DNA from: a virus | Taxonomy: Duplodnaviria > Caudoviricetes | IMG/VR virus record: IMGVR_UViG_3300018430_000021 | Span: 32,001-96,000 of that record | Reading direction: 5' to 3' (one strand) | DNA length: 64,000 nucleotides | In this document: positions 40,318 to 48,791 of the stretch, in pieces | Position numbering within the stretch: the stretch's first letter is position 1 | How the letters are laid out: every line of letters begins with the position of its first letter | Program-made: the position numbers and the translations under genes | Notes under the pieces: generated by a model | Database searches by the model: none | What the model was told of the DNA's origin: nothing | Seen by the model: the letters and a program-made list of their open reading frames with translations, nothing else

Positions 40318-40574
40318 TACTTGCCTCCCTGGTAGAGCGAATTCAACTGGATAACTTCCTGGTAGTTGACGACGTTATGGAATACACGCCCATCGTCACA
40401 AATCAGGTTTAGAGCATAACCAATCTCGCTGTGGACGATATGCCCGACGCATTCCACGACATTTGGAATGATATACGTCTTCGGTTGTTTCAGGTCATTG
40501 TTGTCACAACCTGTCGAAACCAACGCGATTCCAGTGAGTACCAAAGCCATACCGGCGATTATAATCTTTTTCAT
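40317..40574 (-). CDS. Putative lipoprotein
   Basis: Signal peptide ending LVSTG-C. Confidence 0.65.
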   Translation of the reverse strand: MKKIIIAGMALVLTGIALVSTGCDNNDLKQPKTYIIPNVVECVGHIVHSEIGYALNLICDDGRVFHNVVNYQEVIQLNSLYQGGK

Positions 40575-40648
40575 GTTTAACCTCTTTCGTTATATTCATA
40601 ATATAGAAATATTCGAACGTAACGTAAATGAAAATCTTAGAGAAGTTT

Positions 40649-40891
40649 TTAACAGCTGTGCACCGTCCAGAGCATGCAGGCCGTTGACTCGACCCATATC
40701 CTGTCAGACTTGAACTCTTCACGACGGGCGAATCTATCGTGCAATAGAGTGGCCGTTCCCAGCCAATTCTTCTGCTGGAGAATCTCCTCGACCTCTTCAG
40801 CCGATAAATGCTCCGCCCGGCCATCGTCTCCAGGGAATAGGCCAGCGAGCAGTTCCTTTCTTACTTCTGCGGTGAATTCTTCTTCGTTCAT
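40649..40891 (-). CDS. Hypothetical protein, leaderless
   Basis: ATG 6 nt after minus-strand TATATT. Confidence 0.65.
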   Translation of the reverse strand: MNEEEFTAEVRKELLAGLFPGDDGRAEHLSAEEVEEILQQKNWLGTATLLHDRFARREEFKSDRIWVESTACMLWTVHSC

Positions 40892-40941
40892 GACCATAAT
40901 ATAGAAATAACCGTCAGTTCCGTCAATAGGTAATTATCGGG

Positions 40942-41274
40942 TTATTTTCCCGGCAACGCATCGATAGCCAGCTCATTCTCCAGCCCGAGCAGACGCTGTA
41001 GCCAACCGTCACCGAATTTGACGATTTCCTGCAGGCGTAAATCTATCCGGCCGGCGTTAATATCGTTGAACGGTATCTGATAAACTCGGGTATCGAACCA
41101 GTCCTTCGCCGGCCCGGTATAGAGGATAAGCACAGCCTTCTGGTCCTGATCCCAGGACGGGCGATAATAACCTGTCCAGTCAACGTCCAGATTATAGACA
41201 ACGCCGGAAAGCTGGAGTCGTTTATTGATCTCGTCCAGCTTCTCGGCTATGTGCGACATAGGATAACCGGCCAT
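40942..41274 (-). CDS. Hypothetical protein with tail (LAIDALPGK); start uncertain
   Basis: Follows the 41279 gene. Confidence 0.65.
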   Translation of the reverse strand: MAGYPMSHIAEKLDEINKRLQLSGVVYNLDVDWTGYYRPSWDQDQKAVLILYTGPAKDWFDTRVYQIPFNDINAGRIDLRLQEIVKFGDGWLQRLLGLENELAIDALPGK

Positions 41275-41278
41275 AGAC

Positions 41279-41473
41279 TTATCCCAACAGGCTACCGATT
41301 CCGCCAACTACCCAAGTCGCACCGTGAGCTACGTTAGATACGATTCCCGTAGCCAGAGCCACGATGGAGTTGACCGACCCGCAGAAGGAACCTGTCACGT
41401 TACTGTTGGTGGTCATGGCTCCGATACCGAACAGGACCAGAAGGACGATGATGAGAACTTTGAACTTTGTCAT
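41279..41473 (-). CDS. Small membrane or exported protein
   Basis: Own promoter and RBS. Confidence 0.7.
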   Translation of the reverse strand: MTKFKVLIIVLLVLFGIGAMTTNSNVTGSFCGSVNSIVALATGIVSNVAHGATWVVGGIGSLLG

Positions 41474-41557
41474 GTGATTAACCTCTCTTTGATATTCATA
41501 ATATAGAAAAAGAACCGGCATCCGTAAACCGATTCTTTTCCAATTTTTCTTACGGGA

Positions 41558-41917
41558 TTACATCGAACGCTTTTTCATCGTGTCAAATCCTTCGAACCAT
41601 TCATCGATCCACGTCTTATTGCTCTTCATCTGGTCATACATTTCCTTTATCCACTGATGCTTGTCAAGGATTTCGGGTTCGACCTCTTCCGATTCTTGCG
41701 CGATAGTCAACCAATGTTTCGCGTCCTTCACGCTAAAGTCGTCTATCTCGCGGTCGAAATCGTAAAAATCTTGATTTTCGTCCGAATCGTCGGAATAATC
41801 AATCGTAAGCGTCTCGTCGTATTCTTCCAACCGCTTCAAGTATTCGTCACGTTGTTCGCTAGAGATGAGCGCTTCGATGCCCGTTTTAGATTGCGGAATA
41901 TGTACCAAATAGTTCAT
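41558..41917 (-). CDS. Hypothetical acidic protein
   Basis: Own promoter and RBS. Confidence 0.75.
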   Translation of the reverse strand: MNYLVHIPQSKTGIEALISSEQRDEYLKRLEEYDETLTIDYSDDSDENQDFYDFDREIDDFSVKDAKHWLTIAQESEEVEPEILDKHQWIKEMYDQMKSNKTWIDEWFEGFDTMKKRSM

Positions 41918-42110
41918 TTTAACCTCTCTTGATGATGATATTCATAATATAGAAAATCGAATCCAATCCGTAAGCCATTATTATATTCTTTTTTCTTACG
42001 GGATCGCACAAAGGAGACTATGCCGTATGCGATCCCGTGATTTATTTCTTTTCTTTTTTCGTTTACATTTACTTCCAAACTTTCTATATTATAAGCATCA
42101 AGAGGTTAAC

Positions 42111-42515
42111 ATGATTACGAATTTCAAGACTACCAGCATTTCCGAAGAACTTGCCATCATGAACATGGCCGATGTCGATTTCACGATGTGGGGCGAACCG
42201 GCCGAACTTGCGAAGGACGAATATTACCTCGAGACGTTTAACCACCGCCGTGAGATGGAAGCGAAGGGTTATGTGCTCAATCCTCATTTCGACGAGAATA
42301 TGTCATGGTGGAAGGACAAGCACAGCGATCGCCCGTATGACAAGTTCCTCGATTTCGACTGCAACGAATTCGTCACTCCGGAAGAACTCCAATTGTACGA
42401 AGACAAATGTAAGGCGGTCTCTTTCGGATATACGCTGTACCAACGTCTTCTTACCGAAGAAGAACAAGAAGAAGACTACAAGATCTACTGCGAAGAATTC
42501 CATAAGGCGGCATAG
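42111..42515 (+). CDS. Hypothetical acidic protein
   Basis: Own promoter and RBS. Confidence 0.75.
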   Translation: MITNFKTTSISEELAIMNMADVDFTMWGEPAELAKDEYYLETFNHRREMEAKGYVLNPHFDENMSWWKDKHSDRPYDKFLDFDCNEFVTPEELQLYEDKCKAVSFGYTLYQRLLTEEEQEEDYKIYCEEFHKAA

Positions 42516-42602
42516 CGAGCCCGCGCCTTTATTTCTAACTTTTCATGTTGACAACTTCCGGATATTTTACTATATTATAAGTATCAACGACAAGAGGTTA
42601 AC

Positions 42603-42911
42603 ATGAATAACGAAGAATTGAATACATACGCAAACCGAATCGAAACCGCCGGCCTGAAGCGCGACGCGAAAGTAACCGACCTTCATCATTATGCCGTGGC
42701 CGTGGAAGTTACGCCGAAGACATACGGCGAAATAGTCGAAAGCATGCCCGACGCGTTCGAATACTGCTTCGACTACTTCGACCAGAAGGCCGACAAAGAA
42801 GAATCCGTCTTCATGTTCTACCTCGAAGACTGCAACGGCGAGGACGTCGACGCGATAGAAAACTGGCTGAAGACGCATACCGGCTGGCGGTCTTACGAAT
42901 ACAATGGCTAG
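42603..42911 (+). CDS. Hypothetical acidic protein
   Basis: Own promoter and RBS. Confidence 0.75.
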   Translation: MNNEELNTYANRIETAGLKRDAKVTDLHHYAVAVEVTPKTYGEIVESMPDAFEYCFDYFDQKADKEESVFMFYLEDCNGEDVDAIENWLKTHTGWRSYEYNG

Positions 42912-43013
42912 TCCGAAAGAAAACAATACAAGAAAAAGGTTTACAACTTCGTCCGGTTTTTCTATATTAATAACGTAAGCAATGTCGCTTACGTAAAACC
43001 GAACGAGGTTAAC

Positions 43014-43295
43014 ATGATTAAAAGCTTCAGCTATACCAACGCCAAGGGTCATACTACCGTAAGGATCTGTAACGTGGTACATGAAAACGAAACCGAGATT
43101 CGCGGGTTCGATTACAACAAGATGACCCGAGCGGAACAGGAAATCGTAAACAAGGTCTATCCCAACGACCACAAGCCGACTCCGTGTCCTACCGAATTCC
43201 ACAAGACGAGCGAGGTGGACTACGATTCACTCGGTATTCCGAAAGAACTGTTCTCGAAGGCCTACAGGGTTTTCAAGAAGAGCAAGTGTTTCTAA
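43014..43295 (+). CDS. Hypothetical protein
   Basis: Promoter, 5' hairpin, RBS. Confidence 0.75.
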   Translation: MIKSFSYTNAKGHTTVRICNVVHENETEIRGFDYNKMTRAEQEIVNKVYPNDHKPTPCPTEFHKTSEVDYDSLGIPKELFSKAYRVFKKSKCF

Positions 43296-43413
43296 CCTCA
43301 GTTGATAAGAATCTCCAGAATGTCGTGAGATATACTGAAGATTTTTTACTTGATTTTTTGGTTTACAACCTCTTCCAAATTTACTATATTATAAGTATCA
43401 ACAAGAGGTTAAC

Positions 43414-43788
43414 ATGAAAAAAGAAAATATCATCATCCATGAATGCACGAGCCGTAACGAAATCGAAAACCTTGGTTCTGCAGCAACCATCGAAGGACTC
43501 ACACTCGATTCGATTCCGAAGTATGTGGAACTCATCGAGAAGCTTGGTGGCAAGTTCAAGCAGAAGAGTGACGAGAAACTTACCGTATATGTAACCAGTG
43601 GTTTACAGATGAATAAGTCTTTCCGTCTGAAGGGAAGCAATGCATATCCTGATGACACGCACATCGTGTCCATCAAGCTTGAAGACTTCGACTACGAGAT
43701 GGACTTCTGCATCAACAGACTTCGCTTCGGTATCAGGTGGATGGATGACATTCTCGACAACAACCGCTGGCACAATCGAGGCAAATAG
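43414..43788 (+). CDS. Hypothetical protein
   Basis: Own promoter and RBS. Confidence 0.75.
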   Translation: MKKENIIIHECTSRNEIENLGSAATIEGLTLDSIPKYVELIEKLGGKFKQKSDEKLTVYVTSGLQMNKSFRLKGSNAYPDDTHIVSIKLEDFDYEMDFCINRLRFGIRWMDDILDNNRWHNRGK

Positions 43789-43789
43789 T

Positions 43790-44280
43790 CTCTCGTAGCT
43801 CGACCTCTGGCTCGACGAAGAGGCCTTCCGGGCTACAGTTTCGGTGACGTATACTGTGACGTTTTTACCCCAAAATGTCAGGTATATCGTCGCCTTTTTC
43901 GTCATTATATAGGGCCAGATCTGGTGCCCCCCGGGGGGCCTACGGTGACGCCCCTGGGCGGGAAAACTCGCTGTGTTCAAAAAAAGTATTAAGCTTCCTA
44001 TAGGGCTAGGTACCGGGCCTATCCGGAAAATGTGCCCCTATTGGCCAAAATGTGTGCGTCTCGAGGCGATCCCCTAAAAATTTTTTCCGGAATTTTTTCC
44101 AGGCGGTCCAGACCGTATAGGCTAGTTCCAAAAAATTTTTTCCGGAAATTTTTCCTATAGTCGGGAAACGGCGGGCGAAGTTGCCGTTAAGGTCAAAATC
44201 TATGGTTTTCCCTAAAAAATTCGAATACGTGCCTGTCCAAAAAAATTTTCCGGAAATTTTTTCCTCCCCGGGAAAAATTA
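43790..44280. other. Non-coding palindrome- and repeat-rich junction (candidate origin, genome end or packaging site)
   Basis: GCCCCCCGGGGGGC at 43926-43939; three AAAAATTTT(T)TCCGGAA(A)TTTTT copies centred near 44088, 44143 and 44251. Confidence 0.6.
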
Positions 44281-44321
44281 AGGGCTTTACGTATCTAGTG
44301 TATATTGCTATATTGTATTAT

Positions 44322-44714
44322 ATGTCGGATTATTATGATAATTACGAGAATTGTGAGAAATATCTGTTAGAACACGGATATACACGGTATAAGTGTAACG
44401 TGTTGGTTATAGATGCGTTGTTCAGCGTGATGTACCTTAAGGATTCCGACCATATGAAAATAAACCTGCTTTACGGGAAGAGCGGCGAACGGTGTAACAT
44501 GACTTGTTCTGTCAATTACAGCGGGAAGATGGGACCGCAGTTCTGGGAAAGGATCGCGTCTACATATGAGTCTCATGCCCGGGAGCATTTCAGGTTCCGT
44601 GTGGACAACGAGGATTTTCTTAGGCTGGTTGGCGATAACGACTATAATACAGTCGAGATGGCGTTCCGGAGGCACGAGATGGAGAAGTCGTTGGAGGTTC
44701 TGGATGGTGTATAA
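44322..44714 (+). CDS. Tandem paralog family member 1 (near-leaderless)
   Basis: C..L..GY, IASTY, FL..V, KSLEVLDG. Confidence 0.8.
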   Translation: MSDYYDNYENCEKYLLEHGYTRYKCNVLVIDALFSVMYLKDSDHMKINLLYGKSGERCNMTCSVNYSGKMGPQFWERIASTYESHAREHFRFRVDNEDFLRLVGDNDYNTVEMAFRRHEMEKSLEVLDGV

Positions 44715-45075
44715 CTGCGTTACGTGCCTGGACATGCTTATAAAGGCCGGATATAACATGGTAGATACGTACCATGTCGGCGAAGACAGTACCAAGCTGC
44801 AGTTCGAGAAGGATAACAGCATTGTGGCCGCGTATACCTATAACGGGAGTTCTAACGGTTCCGTGTGTATTATAATGTATTGTTCGATTTACGGGGAAGG
44901 TTCGTATACGAACGTGGCCTCTACGTACTGTACGGGCGACAGCGCGATATACGAGAACGTAGATACTGGGAAATTTCTGGAAATAGTGTGCAAATATCCT
45001 GCAATAGAATGGATGGAGAGGTTCCACGCTTACGACTTGGAAAGGAAACTGGAGGTTCTGGATGGAGGGATATAG
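44704..45075 (+). CDS. Tandem paralog family member 2
   Basis: CLDMLIKAGY, VASTY, FLEIVC, KLEVLDG. Confidence 0.8.
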   Translation: MVYNCVTCLDMLIKAGYNMVDTYHVGEDSTKLQFEKDNSIVAAYTYNGSSNGSVCIIMYCSIYGEGSYTNVASTYCTGDSAIYENVDTGKFLEIVCKYPAIEWMERFHAYDLERKLEVLDGGI

Positions 45076-45451
45076 GTCGCCGGATATTATAAAGGGCGAG
45101 TGTTTTCGGAAGCTTGAAACTAACGGTTTCGTAGACACTTACACTTACAGCAAGAGTACTCATCTTACGGGCTGGACGTTCACGAACGAGACATATCCGG
45201 AAAGGGGCTATATCATAGTCTATACCGGGAAGGAAGCCGGGATGAACGGCATAGCGATGGTTTGCGAGATTGGTTCCGGTGAGGACAAGGTGAACGTGGC
45301 GGCCACATACGAAAATCCTTTCAGCATGTACAAGCGGGTTCCGATAGACATATTCCTGGAAACGGTGTGTAAATATCCGACGAACGAATGGATAGAGCGG
45401 TTCCACGCGTACGACGTAAAGAGGACTCTGGAGGTACTGGATGGCGCTTAG
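45062..45451 (+). CDS. Tandem paralog family member 3
   Basis: VAATY, FLETVC, TLEVLDG. Confidence 0.8.
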   Translation: MEGYRSPDIIKGECFRKLETNGFVDTYTYSKSTHLTGWTFTNETYPERGYIIVYTGKEAGMNGIAMVCEIGSGEDKVNVAATYENPFSMYKRVPIDIFLETVCKYPTNEWIERFHAYDVKRTLEVLDGA

Positions 45452-45797
45452 TTACGAAATGGCGGAAAACATGCTATTAGGTAGCGGTTTCAAGGTTACG
45501 ACCGAGGCGCTCTGTACCAACGGCTGCGAGCTTATCATGTTCGGTAAAGAAAATACGGAAATTGAATGCTATAAGGGCGGTCAGCTCAATAAGGAGCTTC
45601 TGTTGATGTGTTCAATCTGGGACAAAAAGTCTTTGGCAAAGACACACGTGGCGGCGACGTTTACCAGCAGGTCGTGCATGTTCGTGCGTGTTTGCGAGGA
45701 AACATTCATGGATATAGTGTGTAGACATCCTGAGACGGAATGGATGACGCTGTTTAACGAGTATGACGTAAAGAAGACACTGGAGGTTCTTTCCTGA
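45441..45797 (+). CDS. Tandem paralog family member 4
   Basis: VAATF, FMDIVC, TLEVLS. Confidence 0.8.
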   Translation: MALSYEMAENMLLGSGFKVTTEALCTNGCELIMFGKENTEIECYKGGQLNKELLLMCSIWDKKSLAKTHVAATFTSRSCMFVRVCEETFMDIVCRHPETEWMTLFNEYDVKKTLEVLS

Positions 45798-46165
45798 TGG
45801 AACGTACTTTCGATTTTTGCAGCGAGATGCTGACATCCGGCGGTTTCGCGAGGCGGACTGACGGGGAATACGACCTGAGCGTTAGCATGAGGCTTATACA
45901 GTTCGAAAAGAAGGATATTATCATAAACTGTTACAAAGGCCCTCGAGATATATGCGACATGGGATGTTTCATTCGTACTCCCGGTACGGACGACTGGGAA
46001 CTTCTGGCGGCCACTTATTGTCCTGATGTTCAGAAGTTTACGTACGGCGGTGTCGACACTGACGATTTCCTGTCGATCATATGCGAAAACAGGGTTGACG
46101 AACTGCGGCAAAAATTCTATAATTACGATATTGAGAAAAAGCTTGAGGTCTTGAATGGAATTTAG
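45797..46165 (+). CDS. Tandem paralog family member 5
   Basis: LAATY, FLSIIC, KLEVLNG. Confidence 0.8.
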   Translation: MERTFDFCSEMLTSGGFARRTDGEYDLSVSMRLIQFEKKDIIINCYKGPRDICDMGCFIRTPGTDDWELLAATYCPDVQKFTYGGVDTDDFLSIICENRVDELRQKFYNYDIEKKLEVLNGI

Positions 46166-46535
46166 GCGCTGTAAGGAGATGATTATTGATGCCGGGTTTG
46201 AACCCAACTGGATTGGTTCCCTGAACGAGGAAACGACTATCCATGCGTTCTATAACGACTTTTTCTATCTCCAGGTATATTCGGACCGCCGCGAGACCGT
46301 AGTCCAGGGCATAGACTTGCATAAGTTCGATATTCCGGGTAACAGGAGATCGAAGACTTCCGCGGTCTGTACTACCTACAAGAATTTCGAGGGCGATATT
46401 CTGTTCAAGGGATTACACCAGAACATTGCCGGTGTCGTCAGGATTATATGCAACAACGCTGACCATCCCGAACGTATCAACTTGAAATTACAGGAATTTG
46501 TGGCGGACATGGTTTTGAGGCCGTTGGAAGGTTAA
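46155..46535 (+). CDS. Tandem paralog family member 6
   Basis: CKEMIIDAGF, VCTTY, IIC. Confidence 0.8.
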   Translation: MEFRRCKEMIIDAGFEPNWIGSLNEETTIHAFYNDFFYLQVYSDRRETVVQGIDLHKFDIPGNRRSKTSAVCTTYKNFEGDILFKGLHQNIAGVVRIICNNADHPERINLKLQEFVADMVLRPLEG

Positions 46536-46536
46536 T

Positions 46537-46941
46537 ATGAATATAGACGATCTTATCGAGAAGTTTGAACATTCGCTTACTCCGGAAGACGGAGAGAAGT
46601 ATACGGCTCGGCAGATTATCGCCAAACTGGGCGAGCATGGCTGGAAGAACGATATTAATGAATGTACGAACAACAAGCACGTGTTTTTAAAAGACAAGTA
46701 TCATTTTTTAATTACGCACACGAATATTAAGGAATACGATGACGGTTATCCGCTTATCAAGCTGTATAGTAACGACGTCCTTCTTACATCTTCCGGAACT
46801 GACATATTCGAGGAATTTAAAGGCGTATTTCCTGAAATTAACCCGACAGCGCTTACGAAATTGATTGAGAAAGATACGGATATTTACAACGAACTGAACG
46901 AGTACTTCGTAAATAAGGCTTTGAAAAATTTGGAAGGATAG
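46537..46941 (+). CDS. Tandem paralog family member 7
   Basis: LGEHGW, KALKNLEG. Confidence 0.75.
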   Translation: MNIDDLIEKFEHSLTPEDGEKYTARQIIAKLGEHGWKNDINECTNNKHVFLKDKYHFLITHTNIKEYDDGYPLIKLYSNDVLLTSSGTDIFEEFKGVFPEINPTALTKLIEKDTDIYNELNEYFVNKALKNLEG

Positions 46942-46942
46942 G

Positions 46943-47320
46943 ATGAGCTATACTGCTTTACAGATGTTTGATAAGCTTGAAAAGGCCGGGTATCATTGTT
47001 GTCACTGGTCCAATATCAAGCACGGTTATAGGAAAGGTGATTACTTGGTTGTCGTCATGCATGCCAGTTTATGGGGTGATAATCCAGGCGATGACAAATT
47101 TCCGCATGTCGAGATATATCGTAACGATACGCTTATCTGTGCATCGTATATTATCAAGAACCATAATTGGAGTAAGGCCATGATTCCTGTCGTACTTACG
47201 CCGGATGAGCTTTTGAATATAGCGGTAAATTTCAGCGATAACATATTTAATATCATTATGGAAAGGTATGTTGACATGACTTTGGAGAAACTCGATGAAA
47301 AACCGCAAGTTAAGTCATAA
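46943..47320 (+). CDS. Tandem paralog family member 8
   Basis: LEKAGY, ICASY, TLEKLD. Confidence 0.8.
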   Translation: MSYTALQMFDKLEKAGYHCCHWSNIKHGYRKGDYLVVVMHASLWGDNPGDDKFPHVEIYRNDTLICASYIIKNHNWSKAMIPVVLTPDELLNIAVNFSDNIFNIIMERYVDMTLEKLDEKPQVKS

Positions 47321-47666
47321 TTATGTTATTGAACGTATGCGTGGTACCGGTTATCGTATGACTTCGGATGAAACCGATGACGGTCTGGCAATGAAGTTCA
47401 CTACGTTTAAACGTAACAATCTTGAGCTTATTATACATTATGATTATTACAGCAGTATCGTAAAATCCATAAATGTCGACAAGCCGCCTAATACCAGTTC
47501 GCATTACCTGATAGCGACGACAACTCATGGGATATACGAATACGAGAATTGTGTCGAGATGAGTATTGACGAACTTTTCGATTATATTATAAGCTGTAAG
47601 ACGACTGAAGAACTGGAAATGAGAATTGAAATGCATGGTATGAAACAGGCACTGGAGTTGTTGTAA
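47295..47666 (+). CDS. Tandem paralog family member 9
   Basis: TGY, IATT, QALELL. Confidence 0.8.
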   Translation: MKNRKLSHNYVIERMRGTGYRMTSDETDDGLAMKFTTFKRNNLELIIHYDYYSSIVKSINVDKPPNTSSHYLIATTTHGIYEYENCVEMSIDELFDYIISCKTTEELEMRIEMHGMKQALELL

Positions 47667-48073
47667 TGGCTAATGGTCCAATATATCCGGAAAAGATGAA
47701 GTATTACATGAATAAACTCGAAAAAGCGGGTTATGAATATCGTCATGACCGTGATATTACAAGTGATGATGGACTTGTGATAACCGTTACTTATACAAGA
47801 AGTGATACCAACGACTTCTCTGAAATTATAATACATGTATATTATACTCGTAAAGTTAATAGATGTTATCTGACATGTAGTTTGCGTAATCCGCAAACCA
47901 ATATATGGCATTCCGCCTGTTCATTCGATGATGACCGAAATGCTTATCGTTTTAACGGTTTACATACAAGTACGCTTACCCGTATTCTATGTAACGGTAA
48001 AAATAATGACCAGATATTGATGGAATTGAATAAGGTTGAACTGAAGAGCGCCTTGGAGAAACTCGATGGATAA
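47666..48073 (+). CDS. Tandem paralog family member 10
   Basis: LEKAGY, ILC, SALEKLDG. Confidence 0.8.
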   Translation: MANGPIYPEKMKYYMNKLEKAGYEYRHDRDITSDDGLVITVTYTRSDTNDFSEIIIHVYYTRKVNRCYLTCSLRNPQTNIWHSACSFDDDRNAYRFNGLHTSTLTRILCNGKNNDQILMELNKVELKSALEKLDG

Positions 48074-48434
48074 GAAAAAACAAAGATCCGTTAATTATTA
48101 TATGGTCCATCTTACAAATGCTGGTTTTGAAGAAGACTCAAACGATTACGGTACGGCGGCTTTTAGTTTCCGTAAGTTTTATAAACCTGGATATGAAGTA
48201 TGGGTATTGAAAGATTATACAAACCAGCATCTTAATATATGTTGTGTAAAATGCGAGCGTGGTAAAGTACCAGAAATAAATATTGCTTGTACATATAAAA
48301 ATTCTACATTTATGGTAGAAAAAGCGGATTTGAATTCTTTATTTAAAATTATTTGTAAGCATGAACCGGAAACTTGGATAAAGATTTTTGCAGAATATAA
48401 TACAAACCGTATTTTAGGAGTTCTTGATGGATAA
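48066..48434 (+). CDS. Tandem paralog family member 11
   Basis: LTNAGF, IACTY, IIC, ILGVLDG. Confidence 0.8.
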   Translation: MDKKKQRSVNYYMVHLTNAGFEEDSNDYGTAAFSFRKFYKPGYEVWVLKDYTNQHLNICCVKCERGKVPEINIACTYKNSTFMVEKADLNSLFKIICKHEPETWIKIFAEYNTNRILGVLDG

Positions 48435-48791
48435 GCTTTTTCCGGAATGTAACCATTTGCTTATTGAAGCTGGATATGCTTATAATGGTTTGATGTGTGC
48501 TTGGGGTGATGTTAAGATACATGGATATAAAAAGGAAATCTTTATGTATCTATCAGTTTATTTGGCGAAGATATAAAGGATCTTGATATTACTTGTCATA
48601 TTGGTACAACAATGGTTGCTACGTCTTATACTAAAGATTCATTGTGTAACAACGATGCATTATTTTATTCAAATTTTTTAGAAATATTTGATATGGTTCT
48701 TCATCATGATGAAACCGATATTGTAAAGGCTTTTAGTGAGAAAGAATTAAATAAGACCTTGGAGGTTTTAGATGGCAATGATAACGCTTAA
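48427..48791 (+). pseudogene. Tandem paralog family member 12, frameshifted in the A-run at 48529-48533
   Basis: Frame 1 gives CNHLLIEAGY; the -1 frame gives VATSY and KTLEVLDG. Confidence 0.75.

Larger units (their letters stand above)
8..43413. promoter_or_regulatory. Dispersed family of about 75 early sigma70-type promoter cassettes (TTKACA/TTTACG-N17-TATATT, mostly followed by CAAGAGGTTAA RBS)
   Basis: Example -35/-10 starts: 8/31, 1505/1528, 2268/2291, 5305/5328, 8258/8281, 9864/9887, 17003/17026, 28733/28756, 30165/30188, 42940/42963. The spacer is a constant 17 bp. Minus-strand copies lie near 40.0, 40.6, 40.9, 41.5 and 41.95 kb. Confidence 0.92.

Noticed and set aside
8-43413. CRISPR array or integron (attC) interpretation of the repeated intergenic motifs
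   Set aside because: The repeats are promoter and RBS sequences separated by whole genes. There are no constant-length spacers, no cas or integrase genes, and no consistent RYYYAAC/GTTRRRY attC structure.
43603-44321. ORFs 43603..43980(-) and the upstream extension 44181-44321
   Set aside because: They run through the repeat and palindrome junction; the promoter at 44286/44309 defines the start at 44322.
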